A stretch of DNA of 64,000 nt from NCBI GenBank assembly GCA_002269645.1, contig NIVC01000186.1, positions 496,001 to 560,000 on the forward strand. Direction: 5' to 3'. Position numbers and translations under genes: made by a program. The notes beneath the pieces were generated by a model. It did no database searches and was not told the origin of the DNA. It saw only the letters and a list, made by a program, of their open reading frames with translations. This document shows positions 32,501 to 44,800 of this stretch, in pieces (position 1 is the first letter of the stretch; each line of letters opens with the position of its first letter). This stretch comes from Macrostomum lignano. Its lineage: Eukaryota.

Positions 32501-35206
32501 GTCACAGGTGAGAAGGGTCTAATGAGCAGGGTCACAGGTGAGAAGGGTCCAATGAGCAGGGTCACAGGTGAGAAGGGTCTAATGAGCAGGGTCACAGGTG
32601 AGAAGGGTCCAATGAGCAGGGTCACAGGTGAGAAGGGTCTAATGAGCAGGGTCACAGGTGAGAAGGGTCTAATGAGCAGGGTCACAAGTGAGAAGGGTCC
32701 AATGAGCAGGGTCACAGGTGAGAAGGGTCCAATGAGCAGGGTCACAGGTGAGAAGGGTCCAATGAGCAGGGTCACAGGTGAGAAGGGTCTAATGAGCAGG
32801 GTCACAAGTGAGAATGGTCCAATGAGCAGGGTCACAGGTGAGAAGGGTCCAATGAGCAGGGTCACAGGTGAGAAGGGTCTAATGAGCAGGGTCACAGGTG
32901 AGAAGGGTCTAATGAGCAGGGTCACAAGTGAGAAGGGTCCAATGAGCAGGGTCACAGGTGAGAAGGGTCCAATGAGCAGGGTCACAGGTGAGAAGGGTCT
33001 AATGAGCAGGGTCACAGGTGAGAAGGGTCTAATGAGCAGGGTCACAGGTGAGAAGGGTCCAATGAGCAGGGTCACAGGTGAGAAGGGTCTAATGAGCAGG
33101 GTCACAGGTGAGAAGGGTCTAATGAGCAGGGTCACAGGTGAGAAGGGTCTAATGAGCAGGGTCACAGGTGAGAATGGTCCAATGACCAGGGTCACAGGTG
33201 AGAATGGTTCAATGAGCAGGGTCACAGCTAGGTGAGAAGGGTCTAATGAGCAGGGTCACAGGTGAAGGGTTCCTCACCAGCCAGCATGTGCACAACAGGT
33301 GACACAGGTTCAACTGTGCCAAGCAAACTGCGAGCCACATCGTTGTTAAAACCGGCTGGAACGATGCAGACACGCAGATGGGCCGGCAGGACTTGGCTGT
33401 CGTGAGGCTGGTGCTGCTGTTGCTGAGCCCTCCGTAGCAGAGCATCGCACATGCGCTGAACGGTGCCGTCGCCCCCAATGATGATGAGCGCATCGACAGA
33501 GTCCTCCAGCTCTTCGGTCGGGCAGTCCATCAGACAGGCTGCCAGCTCGTCCGGCTTTGGCCGCTCGACTCGGGTGACCTGCAGCGAACAGGTGCCGGAG
33601 GTGTTCGGTCAGGGCCGAATTTGAGAAAATTGTCTGCCAAGTCGGCAAGCTAACTGTCACTCCTACCTTGACGTCGAACTTCTTCAACAGAGGCAGCACG
33701 CGATCCTTCATCAGGCCGAGCGCGGCGCCTTTGCCAGCCTTGGTGCACACGTACATCGCCGCGCTGCGCACTCGCCGTTTCATCGAGTCCAGCACTCGCT
33801 CCGTGTACCTAACCCACCGGTCGGCGTCCCGGCGCTTCGGCAAATCGAGCTCCTTCTCTAACAGGCGGAACTGGCTTGAGTTGTAGCGCTGGCAAACTGA
33901 GATCACGATCCGGGATGTCTGACCCGCTGGCTGTGGCCGTTCAGTCACTGAGATAACGTCTTCGTAGAGATAGCAGAGGGTCTCCATCTGCCGCTGCTGC
34001 TGCTGCTGAGGGTCGCTTCTGTTCGATGGATCGCCTGAACCCGCGCGGCGCTCTGGATTTTAGAATGGAGCGGCGGTTTCTGATCTTACCTGCGATTCTC
34101 TTGTGGCTTTACTGTGACTTCTGTTCCTCCCTCACCTTCACGGAACCCTCTATCTATCCCTCTGCTTGACTTTCCCTGAACCCTTTATCTGTCCCTCTTG
34201 TGACCTTCCCTGAACCCTTTATCTATCCCTCTCGTGACCTTCACTGAACCTTCTATCTTATCCCTCTCGTGACCTTCACTGAACCTTCTATTTACCCCTC
34301 TCGTGACCTTCACTGAACTTCTATCTACCCCTCTCGTGACCTTCACTGAACCCTTTATCTATCCCTCTCGTGACCTTCACTGAACCTTCTATCTACCCCT
34401 CTCGTGACATTCACTGAACCCTTTATCTATCCCTCTCGTGACCTTCACTGAACCTTCTATCTTATCCCTCTCGTGACCTTCACTGAACCCTCTATCTGTC
34501 CCTCTCCTTGACTTTCCCTGAACCCTTTATCTGTCCCTCTCGTGACCTTCACTGAACCTTCTATCTTATCCCTCTCGTGACCTTCACTGAACCTTCTATC
34601 TTATCCCTCTCGTGACCTTCACTGAACCTTCTATTTACCCCTCTCGTGACCTTCACTGAACTTCTATCTACCCCTCTCCTGCCCTTCCCTGAACCCTCTA
34701 TCTTTCCCGTTTCCCACGCCAGTCATTGACTCAGCGCAAAAGTACAGAAATGCAGCAACCAAAGCGAACTCTCTGTCACCAAGCAACCCACCCTGCTTCC
34801 AGATGATGCCCCTCTCGCCAAGCGTCACGGTGACCCTGTGCCCCCTGTGCGTCCCCTGCGAGCTGAAAATTTTCTTCTTGGTCCGCTGGGCCCTGCGCTG
34901 CTCCTCCTCCTCCGCCAGCAGCGGGTCCCAGTTGAAGCGGACCAGGCAGTCCTGGCGCTGGTCGACCGCGGAGCCGCTGTCCTCCGACACTGTGGAGATA
35001 ATCGGCGTCGCTGAGGACTTCTGCGGCGATGGCGGAGTTTCCGGATCAAATTCTCGCTGACTTTGGCGGCGCGGCTCCGTTGAATGCGACTTCCTGCCCG
35101 GTGGCGGCTTTCTAGAGTCCCTGGCGCCGCTGCCCGCTGACCTGACTGTGCTGTGGCCGATCTCCATCACCTCGAGCTCGCACGCATCAGGATCTTCCGA
35201 ATCCAT
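23570..35206 (-). CDS. CERK: Ceramide kinase-like (DAGK/SphK/CERK family) protein, about 855 aa
   Basis: Minus-strand exons 35206-34792, 34034-33667, 33578-33278, 31720-31435, 31273-31155, 30848-30628, 29982-29800, 26171-25956, 24794-24442, 23675-23570 (2568 nt, phases consistent). PH-like N-terminus, IIIGGDGT, CIVPAGF, Cys cluster CCFSRCPVC, GLSRFAHRNDGCMDLVLV, and C-terminal KWNLD..CYANMLEIFCEGI resembling CERK SWNCDGE..VHCQLVRLFARGI. The acceptor of the 26171 exon is weak. Confidence 0.85.
23871..24420. repeat. 17-bp minisatellite CCCCTCCTCACTCCCTG
   Basis: About 32 units; same unit as 26197-26645. Confidence 0.93.
24890..25300. repeat. 30-bp G-rich minisatellite GGAATTAGGAGGGGTAGCAAAGTGGGGGTM
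   Basis: About 13 units. Confidence 0.93.
26197..26645. repeat. 17-bp minisatellite CCCCTCCTCACTCCCTG (second array)
   Basis: About 26 units. Confidence 0.93.
27590..27720 (+). promoter_or_regulatory. Putative promoter of the nested gene
   Basis: CACCC boxes, TATA-like CTTTATAA (about 27684) and E-box CACGTG (about 27708), 220-330 bp upstream of the ATG at 27929. Confidence 0.35.
27929..28735 (+). CDS. Intronless nested gene, 268-aa disordered protein with a putative N-myristoyl/palmitoyl start (MGATGCK)
   Basis: ATG-initiated, GC-rich, non-repeat ORF in AT-rich flanks, inside the CERK-like intron 29799-26172. S-rich, poly-Q, and an ordered-looking segment MDLTTLLLQGFDPTAYEQRLAERRL. Confidence 0.75.
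   Translation: MGATGCKPAKSPNGIYNDDEQPEQVESVSIGKGVRVHQLDGNNFLGRLEDAARMSCRSQGLWRRRSSLSSAPKTCSAKGSAVTGTSSSARSSCYSELSSSVWQQQQQQQQQPQKQPQQQQQPQKQPQQQQQQQPPQSPAAANSNRRLLRQHFLSIAPTGAGTTMAPPSSRSLDCGGQVDRKSGSSSPDPESTEPEAEVDASRMDLTTLLLQGFDPTAYEQRLAERRLAKFTGRSRRQPRSILASTLTKTEATAGGTAAAATAAAEIPG
30095..30560. repeat. C-rich composite minisatellite (CCCACCTCACTCCCTGCCCCAAAGCACAGCCCCCATTCC variants)
   Basis: About 41-43 bp degenerate units containing the CTCACTCCCTGCCCC core of the 17-mer arrays. Confidence 0.85.
31761..33264. repeat. 30-bp minisatellite AATGAGCAGGGTCACAGGTGAGAAGGGTCY
   Basis: About 50 units filling the CERK-like intron 33277-31721. Confidence 0.97.
34140..34705. repeat. About 37-39 bp minisatellite CCCTCTCGTGACCTTCACTGAACCTTCTATCT(T)A
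   Basis: About 14 units in CERK-like intron 1. Confidence 0.9.
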
Positions 35207-36421
35207 CTGCTGGATTTGTTGTGTTTAAAGTATGTTAACAATTTAACTATAAGAAGCAATATTGAGATTACCTCCATTAAATCGCTTTATAATGGACCAA
35301 GATTCATTTAATTTTTTTAAAAGCATCACTACTTGACACTTCAATAGTTAACTTGAAAAATGAAAATTTATAATTAATTTGTTTCCAATAAATAATTGAT
35401 CAAAAAATTTACAAATTGACAATAGCAGCTTAAAACAAAGATGTTAAATACTGCCAATTAAAAAGCTAGACATCAAACTGGTTGATAACCAATAAACTAT
35501 TAATGAATCAACATGTACCTTTAATGAGGCTAAGTCAAACATAGAGTTTAAAATCTAGTATTTAGACTAGATAAATTTGTACAAATACATTAACTGACAA
35601 CAATTACTTTTAATCTGGCCAAGTACTAAAGTAGTAAAAAGTCAGTCAGATTTTTTAATCACTCTTAGGGTTTTTACCATCGCTTTATTTTTAGAGAGCT
35701 CAGAGAGGTAGAAAATAAATTTTATAAATGCAGCCCAAAAAATTCCCTAGACACACACCATGCACCAGCCACCAGTGACTAAGGACTAAAGGAATATCAA
35801 GAGTTGGATTCCATTTAGTGCTTGAATTTTTTAATACATATAAAAACTAAGTTTAAAGCATAAAAAAAGAAACATACTTTAATAACATATATACTTTAAA
35901 GTCTGTTTAACAATAAGCTCTTCTAGTTCTATAGCTGCTGAAAAATCTGAGAAATAGACAGAAATAAAAATTGACAAAGAAGACTGGCTGCATTCAAACG
36001 CCTGAAAATTCCCCACAGAACGCCAAAACGCAACCCATGGTTTGAAAGAAATATTTTTAATAAAACTGTCTTAGAATTTTCCAAAAACACAAAAGAGCAG
36101 AACTTACATTAAAATAATTTTGCGCTAGATACGCGTTGAAAATCGTTGGTACAAACAATACGCAAAGTAAAACAAAAATTGTAACTTGTAATTTCAACCT
36201 CTCTGAGAAATAGTGTTTTCTTGTTTTTAATTTGTGTAAAGTATTATTTTAGATTCTAATACTACCACAAAATTAGAATTACTGATATCGTATACATGCT
36301 TTCTTGGCGACAATGGCGGGCATTTATTTAGCAACACTGTATCAATACTTTTTTAGTTAGACATCATAGGATCATTTTATCGTTTATCCTACATCTTTCT
36401 ATAAAATCTGAGGGTGCATTT

Positions 36422-37307
36422 ATGGCAACTTTAAATTCAGAAACAGGTATTTTACTGAAACTAATCCGCTTTAAAATAATTACCCTCGTATACCATAGTT
36501 TAGCTGCTTGGTATAATTATTTGACATAATTTTATAACATACGAACAGCTTTTAGATACCCAATAATAACATATTGGCATTATTGAGTTTTAAACACTAG
36601 TTATGCGTAGTATAATACAAAAATCGTCCACCTTCGCAGCTCTGATAATATTTCAATAAAAAAGTATGGACGTGTTTTACTTCCTGACAAAACATTAGAG
36701 GCCCGACATGCATATAACTACGCACACAATAATATAATGATTCTATTAAAAACACTATCAAACCACAGAGCAGGCCCGCCTGAAATATCTGAGCGGGCCG
36801 CAGAACCTGGTGATTCCCTGCGCCATCCGGCCCAGCCGGGGCGCCGTCTCGCACCAGTGGCGCGGCCCCGGCTTCTACCAGTCGGAGACTCACCGGTTCA
36901 CCGATCCGCCTCAGGTGACGCGCGATCCGGTCGGCCAGGGCCTCGACAAGACGGCCGCTGTGTCTGGCTGGCCAAGCGCAGCCTCGTCAACGACTGGCGT
37001 TGGCTGCCACGCGGCCGAGCACGCACCGGCGCCGTACGCGGAGCGCTGGCGCGGCCGGCCCGTGTTCTTCTCAGCCGAGCACCAGACGCTCAGCAACGAG
37101 CACCCGGCCGGGCCTGTGGCGCCAGACGCACGCCTGTTTTATAACGAAGACGACTGGGAGAAGTACAAGTACATGCTGAATAGTCGAGATATTCAACGGG
37201 TCGAAGCCAAAGCCGAGGAGGCGCCCGCAGCCGAGCCAGGTGCCGCCGCAGGCGAGCAGCGCAACCGGAATCCCAACAAGCCCAAGGAGCGAGTCTGGTA
37301 CTTCTGA
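36422..37307 (+). CDS. Uncharacterised 187-aa protein, head-to-head with the CERK-like gene
   Basis: Exons 36422-36446 (ATG GCA ACT TTA AAT TCA GAA ACA G|gt) and 36769-37307, 564 nt in frame: MATLNSETEQARLKYLSGPQNLVIPC..HQWRGPGFY..FYNEDDWEKYKY..KERVWYF. No family recognised. Confidence 0.75.
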
Positions 37308-37599
37308 ACCCGCGGCGATGCTGCTCGCATCTCCCTCCTAAACTGGACTCACAAACAGTTCTATACGCTTCAACTCGCTGGCTAAAATGATTTCTATTTC
37401 ACTCCCTATTAACAAGTCGATATTCCCCTATATGAACAAAGCCCCCACTAGGATCTGTGTAAAATAAAGCAGAATCCCAATCGGCTCAGCTCTCCTATGC
37501 GGCTAAAGATGCAGTTTTAAATTGCATTGGCTTGAAATATCTTTGGGTGCTTATACACTCGTATTTAGAGTATTCTGACACCTGCGCTCAAAGTTTAGC

Positions 37600-39050
37600 G
37601 ACACCCTGACACCCCATATTTAGCGAACCTCTGACACCCATTTAGGCAACCCTTTGACACCCATTGAGACAACCCTCTGACACCCATTTAGCTAACCCTC
37701 TGACACCAATTTAGGCAACCATCTGACACCCATTTAGGCAACCCTCTGACACCCATTTAGGCAACCCTCTGACACCCATTTAGGCAACCCTGTGACACCC
37801 ATTTAGCTAACCCTCTGACACCAATTTAGGCAACCCTCTGACACCTATTTAGGCAACCCTGTGACACCCATTTAGCTAACCCTCTGACACCCATTTAGGC
37901 AACCCTGTGACACCCATTTAGCTAACCCTCTGACACCCATTGAGACAACCCTCTGACACCCATTTGGGTAACCCTCTGACACCCATTTAGCTAACCCTCT
38001 GACACCAATTTAGGCAACCCTCTGACACCCATTTAGCTAACCCTCTGACACCCATTTAGGCAACCCTCTGACACCCATTTAGGCAACCCTGTGACACCCA
38101 TTTAGGCAACCCTCTGACACCCATTTAGGCAACCCTGTGACACCCATTTAGGCAACCCTCTGACACCCATTTAGGCAACCCTCTGACACCCATTTAGCTA
38201 ACCCTCTGACACCAATTTAGGCAACCCTCTGACACCTATTTAGGCGAACCTCTGACACCCATTTAGGTAACCCTTTGACACCCATTGAGACAACCCTCTG
38301 ACACCCATTTAGGCAACCATCTGACACCAATTTAGGCAACCCTCTGACACCCATTTAGGTAACCCTCTGACACCCATTTAGCTAACCCTCTGACACTAAT
38401 TTAGGCAACCCTCTGACACCCATTTAGGTAACCCTCTGACACCCATTTAGCTAACCCTCTGACACCCATTTAGGCAACCCTCTGACACCCATTTAGGCAA
38501 CCCTCTGACACCCATTTAGCTAACCCTCTGATACCAATTTAGGCAACCATCTGACACCAATTTAGGCAACCCTCTGACACCCATTTAGGTAACCCTCTGA
38601 CACCCATTTAGCTAACCCTCTGACACCAATTTAGGCAACCCTCTGACACCCATTTAGGTAAACCTCTGACACCCATTTAGCTAACCCTCTGACACCAATT
38701 TAGGCAACCCTCTGACACCAATTTAGGCAACCCTCTGACACCAATTTAGGCAACCCTCTGACACCAATTTAGGCAACCCTCTGACACCAATTTAGGCAAC
38801 CCTCTGACACCTATTCAGGCAAACCTCTGAAACCCATTTAGGCAGCCCTCTGACACCCATCTATGCGACCCTCTGACACCCAGTTAGGCGACCCTCTGAC
38901 ACTCATTTAGGCATCCCTCTGACACCCATCTACGCGACCCTCTGACACCCCCCCTACTTGGCAATCCCTGACACCCTCCTATTTAACGACCCCGACACCC
39001 TCCTATTTAGCGACCCCCTGACACCCCCTATTTAGTGACGCGCTGACACC
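37600..39050. repeat. 23-bp minisatellite ACCCTCTGACACCCATTTAGGCA
   Basis: About 60 units, degenerating at both edges. Confidence 0.95.
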
Positions 39051-39699
39051 CACTCAAGCGCTACCTCACTCAAAAACAACTATCCTCATTGACTGCTCCA
39101 AATGTGAGCTGAGCTCCGAGTCCAGTTCCAATTCAGTAGGAAAATAACAAAGCCAGACCAGCTAACAGCTGTCAGATATTTTAATCCAGCATTTTGCGCT
39201 GCTATTTTAACGGTTTCATCACACAGTACCGTAGGTAGACTATATAATTTAGAAAAAATGCCAAAGTATGGTATATGAGGACAGATAAACATTATAGACA
39301 AATTTAATTGTTTAAGATGCAAGAGCTGATTTTATGCCCAAACGAATGCTTCAGGAGATTTGTTGCATAATTAAAGAACACTCAGTCAGGTTTGCATAGT
39401 ATAAACAAGCAACAATTAATAATTAATGTGCAGGTCGGAACACACAGGACAAAACTTGTGAAAGAGAAAAATGATAGGAGAGATTTCTTATGGATTAAAG
39501 TAAAAAAAATATTGATACAAAAACAAGCGACTCTTGATGGCGCCACAGGAGTAAACGTGAAGGCTTTAATTCGAAATTGAAAACATGCAAGGACAGTTGA
39601 TATGAGAAACAAAAATTCGAATCAAAAAAAGGCTGGAAGGAGACGCACAAGAGTTGCCAATAGTATGGTGTAGGCTGTAGACCACAGATACCAGAATAA

Positions 39700-40449
39700 C
39701 TAAATGGGCCACTCAGCACATTTGCGTGTAAGCTACTCTCAGTTCAGTAGTAAGTTAAACTGAAACGTTTTAATGTATTTTAAAGACAAATATACTTATT
39801 TATTGGCTCTTACCCACCCCAAGCTTAAACCCTCAAACTCCACACAGAACCTTATCTCGGCCACGCCACCCAATTTTTATTGCCTTCCTCGGTTCTTCCC
39901 AGCCAAGGATGATAATATAACAACTGGATTGTCAGACCCGAAAATCCCCTCCTTCATTCTCATTGGCTAGAGGGTTTCAAATACGCTAGGAAGATATGGA
40001 ACAACCTTGCAAACACCCCTACAGTTATCTCTCTAACCACCACGGCCCGCGAGCCCTCCCGTCCTTAGCTAGTTTTCTTAACCACCAGGAAATGTTTTTA
40101 CATAGGTCGGTATAGCAAGTGAGCTAAAAATAGCAGCCAATGAGCAGGAAGCAGGGGTTTCATTTTAGGCATATTCAACCCTTTTAGGCGGAGTAGTTTG
40201 ACAATCCAGTTGTTATATATCATCCTTGGTTCCAGACTAAATTTGCCATGTACATTTCAGTGGGCTAATGTACATTATAGCTGAACCAATTAGCAAGTTG
40301 TTTACGCCTGCAATCTTGGGCTTCTAAACTTATCAAAGTCATCTCAGCTGCATTTATTCTTATAAAATAGCTTATGTATTCTTCTTTGCTACTGAGCTGA
40401 AAGTAGAAAGCTGTTTTACTAAGTATATATGCCGGAGTGGCCCATCTAG
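39700..40449. mobile_element. MITE (CTAGATRGGCCACTC family, long copy) containing a nested TIR element
   Basis: Outer termini CTAAATGGGCCACTC / GAGTGGCCCATCTAG. Inner 31-32 bp TIR CCAAGGATGAT(A)ATATAACAACTGGATTGTCA at 39903-39934 / 40199-40229. Confidence 0.8.
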
Positions 40450-41374
40450 ATACCCTACTATCTGTAGGGTAGACAGGGTTCACAATGGCCCCGGACTCTC
40501 AGCGTCGGACCAAACAGCCTGCATAAAAGTTCAATACTTTCTTGTGCGTTGACTTTTTAACAGTAAAATAAAAATATAGACGGATCGAGACAGAATCAAA
40601 ACGAGGAAAGGGATCTATCAAAATTTGAGTATTAATTCACGGTTTATTGTTTATAAAACTGAAAACATAACTAGCTAACAGAAGAAAAAAACAAACTCAA
40701 AACCTCATTTGCTTTGACTCTACTCGACGAATTCCGACAAGAAAACGCCTATCGCACTACCGATAGTAACTGAGCTAGAAAATGAAAACTGACGAGAGTA
40801 AAACTGACAGATTTATGGGAATTTTTTGTGCGTTTGAGTAGCAAAAATATTCGTATAATAATAATAATAATAATATTAATAATTTAATATCACTGATCAA
40901 GACTTGCAGAATACGCTGGTTAGTTGAAATGCAGCACTCAGACAGACGGGGGGGGTCGCACAGTTAAGAGAAGAGAATATATATGAGAATAAAAACTGCA
41001 ATAACAAAATAAACCTGTTGAGTTTATTTACAGGTAGCGGCCAAACTGCAATAAGAAAATAATAATTAACAAATTAGTAAAATATGTGTTTGAAACTGAG
41101 CTCGAGAATTTAAATTGCCGCAAAAAAATCCAGGCAGCAGAAATTTCAAATATTCCCAAAAAATTCGATGAAAATTTTGTGTACACAATATCTCAATCTC
41201 AATTGACTAAGTTGGATCTGAAGTTTTCTAAAACTTTAGACAATCACAGATGACAAGCGGTTGGACATTTTAATAAACAATTCTATGAAATTATACTTCG
41301 GAGCAGGGCAGAGCTTGTATAGCTCGTAATTCGAACGGAGTCTTGACGAGCATGAAGCTCAGTCTTCAGGTAGG

Positions 41375-41845
41375 GTTAAAGCTAGGGTAAGGGGTAGGGT
41401 AGGGTAGGTTGGGTAGGGTAGGGTAGGGTAGAATAGGGTTAGGGAGGGTCAGGACAGGTAAGTCAGCGGGTCAGTGAGTCAGTGGGTCAAGTTGGTGGGT
41501 CAGGACAGGCAGGTCAGCGGGTCAGTGAGTCAGTGGGTCAAGTTGGTGGGTCAGGACAGGCAGGTTAGTGGGTCAGTGAGTCGGTAGGTCAAGTTGGTGG
41601 GTCAGGAGAAGCAGGTCAGCGGGTCAGTGAGTCAGTGGGTCAAGTTGGTGGGTCAGGACAGGCAGGTCAGCGGGTCAGTGAGTCAGTGGGTCAAGTTGGT
41701 GGGTCAGGAGAAGCAGTTCAGCGGGTCAGTGAGTCAGTGGGTCAAGTTGGTGGGTCAGGACAGGCAGTTCAGCGGGTCAGTGAGTCAGTGGGTCAAGTTG
41801 GTGGGTCAGGACAGGCAGGTCAGCGGGTCAGTGAGTCAGTGGGTC
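41375..41845. repeat. (GGGTA)n telomere-like tract plus 51-bp minisatellite at the par-3 3' end
   Basis: 41375-41445 degenerate TAGGG/TTAGGG; 41449-41845 about 8 units of GTCAGCGGGTCAGTGAGTCAGTGGGTCAAGTTGGTGGGTCAGGACAGGCAG. Confidence 0.9.
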
Positions 41846-44800
41846 CCCGTCAGCCAGGCGATGCAGCCGGCGGTTGCGCAACACGGTAGCGTAGAGGCCC
41901 TCGTTTGAACTGCCTGACGCCGCCTGACAACCGCCTAGCAACGGTTCAGGTAGCGGCGGAGGCGGAGGCTGCGCAGAGTTGGGCGGCAGAGGCGCAGGAT
42001 CCTCTGTCTGAGCGGAGGCGGACACAGTGGCTGCGGGCGCGGCCTGCGGCTTGGCGGAGGCTGAGGAGGTCGCTCCAGCCGCCGAGGCTGGACGAAGCGG
42101 CCTGGCGAGTCTAGAGCGCACGGGAGAGTGACAGCGAGTGTGATAGACATGATAGCGCATAATAAAATGGATTGGATAATGACAGGTGATGGTAAAACGG
42201 GTCTAGGGTAGTGATAGGCGTGTATAAATAGGTTTAGGGTGAAAGTCAAGTGAGAATGATAAGTTAGTGACAGACAAAACAGACTGCTAGACAGTGACAG
42301 ATTCCGAGTGACAGACAAAAAGAGACTGCTAGAGAGTGACAGATTCCGAGTGACAGACAAAACAGACTGCTAGACAGTGACAGATTCCGAGTGACAGACA
42401 AAAAGAGACTGCTAGAGAGTGACAGATTCCGAGTGACAGACAAAAGAGACTGCTAGAGAGTGACAGACAAAAGAGACTGCTAGAGAGTGACAGACAAAAG
42501 AGACTGCTAGAGAGTGACAGATAACGTGTAACAGACGGAAGAGACTGCTAGAGAGTGACAGACAAAAGAGACTGCTAGAGAGTGACAGACAAAAGAGACT
42601 GCTAGAGAGTGACAGATTCCGAGTGACAGACAAAAGAGACTGCTAGAGAGTGACAGACAAAAGAGACTGCTAGAGAGTGACAGACAAAAGAGACTGCTAG
42701 AGAGTGACAGATAACGTGTAACAGACGGAAGAGACTGCTAGAGAGTGACAGAATTCCGAGTGACAGACAAAAGCGACTGCTAGAGAGTGACAGATAACGT
42801 GTAACAGACAGAAGAGACTGCTAGAGAGTGACAGAATTCCGAGTGACAGACAAAAGCGACTGCTACAGAGTGACAGATTCCGTGTGACAGACGGGAGAGA
42901 CTGCTAGAGAGTGACAAATTCCGAGTGACAGACAAAAGCGACTGCTACAGAGTGACAGATTCCGTGTGACAGACGGGAGAGACTGCTAGAGAGTGACAGA
43001 TTCCGAGTGACAGACAAAAGAGACTGCTAGAGAGTGACAGACAAAAGAGACTGCTAGAGAGTGACAGACAAAAGAGACTGCTAGAGAGTGACAGACAAAA
43101 GAGACTGCTAGAGAGTGACAGATAACGTGTAACAGACGGAAGAGACTGCTAGAGAGTGACAGAATTCCGAGTGACAGACAAAAGCGACTGCTACAGAGTG
43201 ACAGATTCCATGTGACAGACGGGAGAGACTGCTAGAGAGTGACAGATTCCGTGTGACAGACGGGACAGACTGCTAGAGAGTGACAGATTCCGTGTGACAG
43301 ACGGGAGAGACTGCTAGAGAGTGACAGACAAAAGAGACTGCTAGAGAGTGACAGATAACGTGTAACAGACGGAAGAGACTGCTAGAGAGTGACAGAATTC
43401 CGAGTGACAGACAAAAGAGACTGCTAGAGAGTGACAGATAACGTGTAACAGACGGAAGAGACTGCTAGAGAGTGACAGAATTCCGAGTGACAGACAAAAG
43501 CGACTGCTACAGAGTGACAGATTCCGTGTGACAGACGGGAGAGACTGCTAGAGAGTGACAGATTCCGTGTGACAGACGGGAGAGACTGCTAGAGAGTGAC
43601 AGATTCCGTGTGACAGACGGGAGAGACTGCTAGAGAGTGACAGATTCCGTGTGACAGACAGATATTTAGAGGGAATCAATAGTAGATAATTTAGAGTGAA
43701 AGATAACACAGTTACACTGTGTGAAGTGTCAGAGAAGTGAGGGTGAAATGAAACTAGCATTAACCTACCAACAAATATTACTGATAAGTCGGTGGGTCTG
43801 TCATGTGCACTGCACTCTACAGGACACACACAAAGATACTGGCAATTGGAAATTAATATCTAAAAAATGTAGTCATTGTTAAGTGCAACATAATTCAATA
43901 TTGGGCAGGTAAAAAACACACTATTCCAAATTGACGCATAGGGAGTGGCACAGCAACAGTTTAACATGTACCTGAGCCTCTGACTAAAAGATCTGAAGCA
44001 GTAGTCGATGAGAGAGATTTGACAAGAGACAGGTCTGCTGTAATCTTAGGCTAACTAATTAGACTTAAAGTTGGACTAAAATAATAACATATAATAATCA
44101 CAATATAGAAATTTTAGATGCAAATAAAAATTAATTTATGATTATTCGCAGAAAAATTTCACAATCCCTGCTTAGTGCAGTGATGAGACAGGTGAGTCAT
44201 TGGTGGAGTGATCAGACAGGTGAGTGACCGATGGAGTGATGAGACAGGTGAGTGACCGATGGAGTGATGAGACAGGTGAGTGACCGATGGAGTGATCAGA
44301 CAGGTGCAGTGATGAGACAGGTGAGTCATTGGTGGAGTGATCAGACAGGTGAGTGACCGATGGAGTGATGAGACAGGTGAGTGACTGATGGAGTGATCAG
44401 ACAGGTGCAGTGATGAGACAGGTGAGTCATTGGTGGAGTGATCAGACAGGTGAGTGACCGATGGAGTGATGAGACAGGCGAGTGACCGATGGAGTGATCA
44501 GACAGGTGAGTGACCGATGGAGTGATGAGACAGGTGAGTGACCGATGGAGTGATCAGACAGGTGAGTGACCGATGGAGTGATGAGACAGGTGAGTGACCG
44601 ATGGAGTGATCAGACAGGTGAGTGACCGATGGAGTGATCAGACAGGTGAGTGACCGATGGAGTGATGAGACAGGTGAATGACCGATGGAGTGATCAGACA
44701 GGTGAGTGACCGATGGAGTGATCAGACAGGTGAGTGACCGGTGGAGTGATCAGACAGGTGAGTGACTGATGAAGTCTTGTATCGCTGAAATCAGGAGATA

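Noticed and set aside
31885-33235. 437-aa and 446-aa ORFs (MSRVTGEKGL / PFSPVTLLIR repeats)
   Set aside because: By-product of a stop-free 30-bp unit lying entirely in a CERK-like intron.
41375-41445. Interstitial telomere
   Set aside because: Mostly GGGTA with a single TTAGGG; too short and degenerate.
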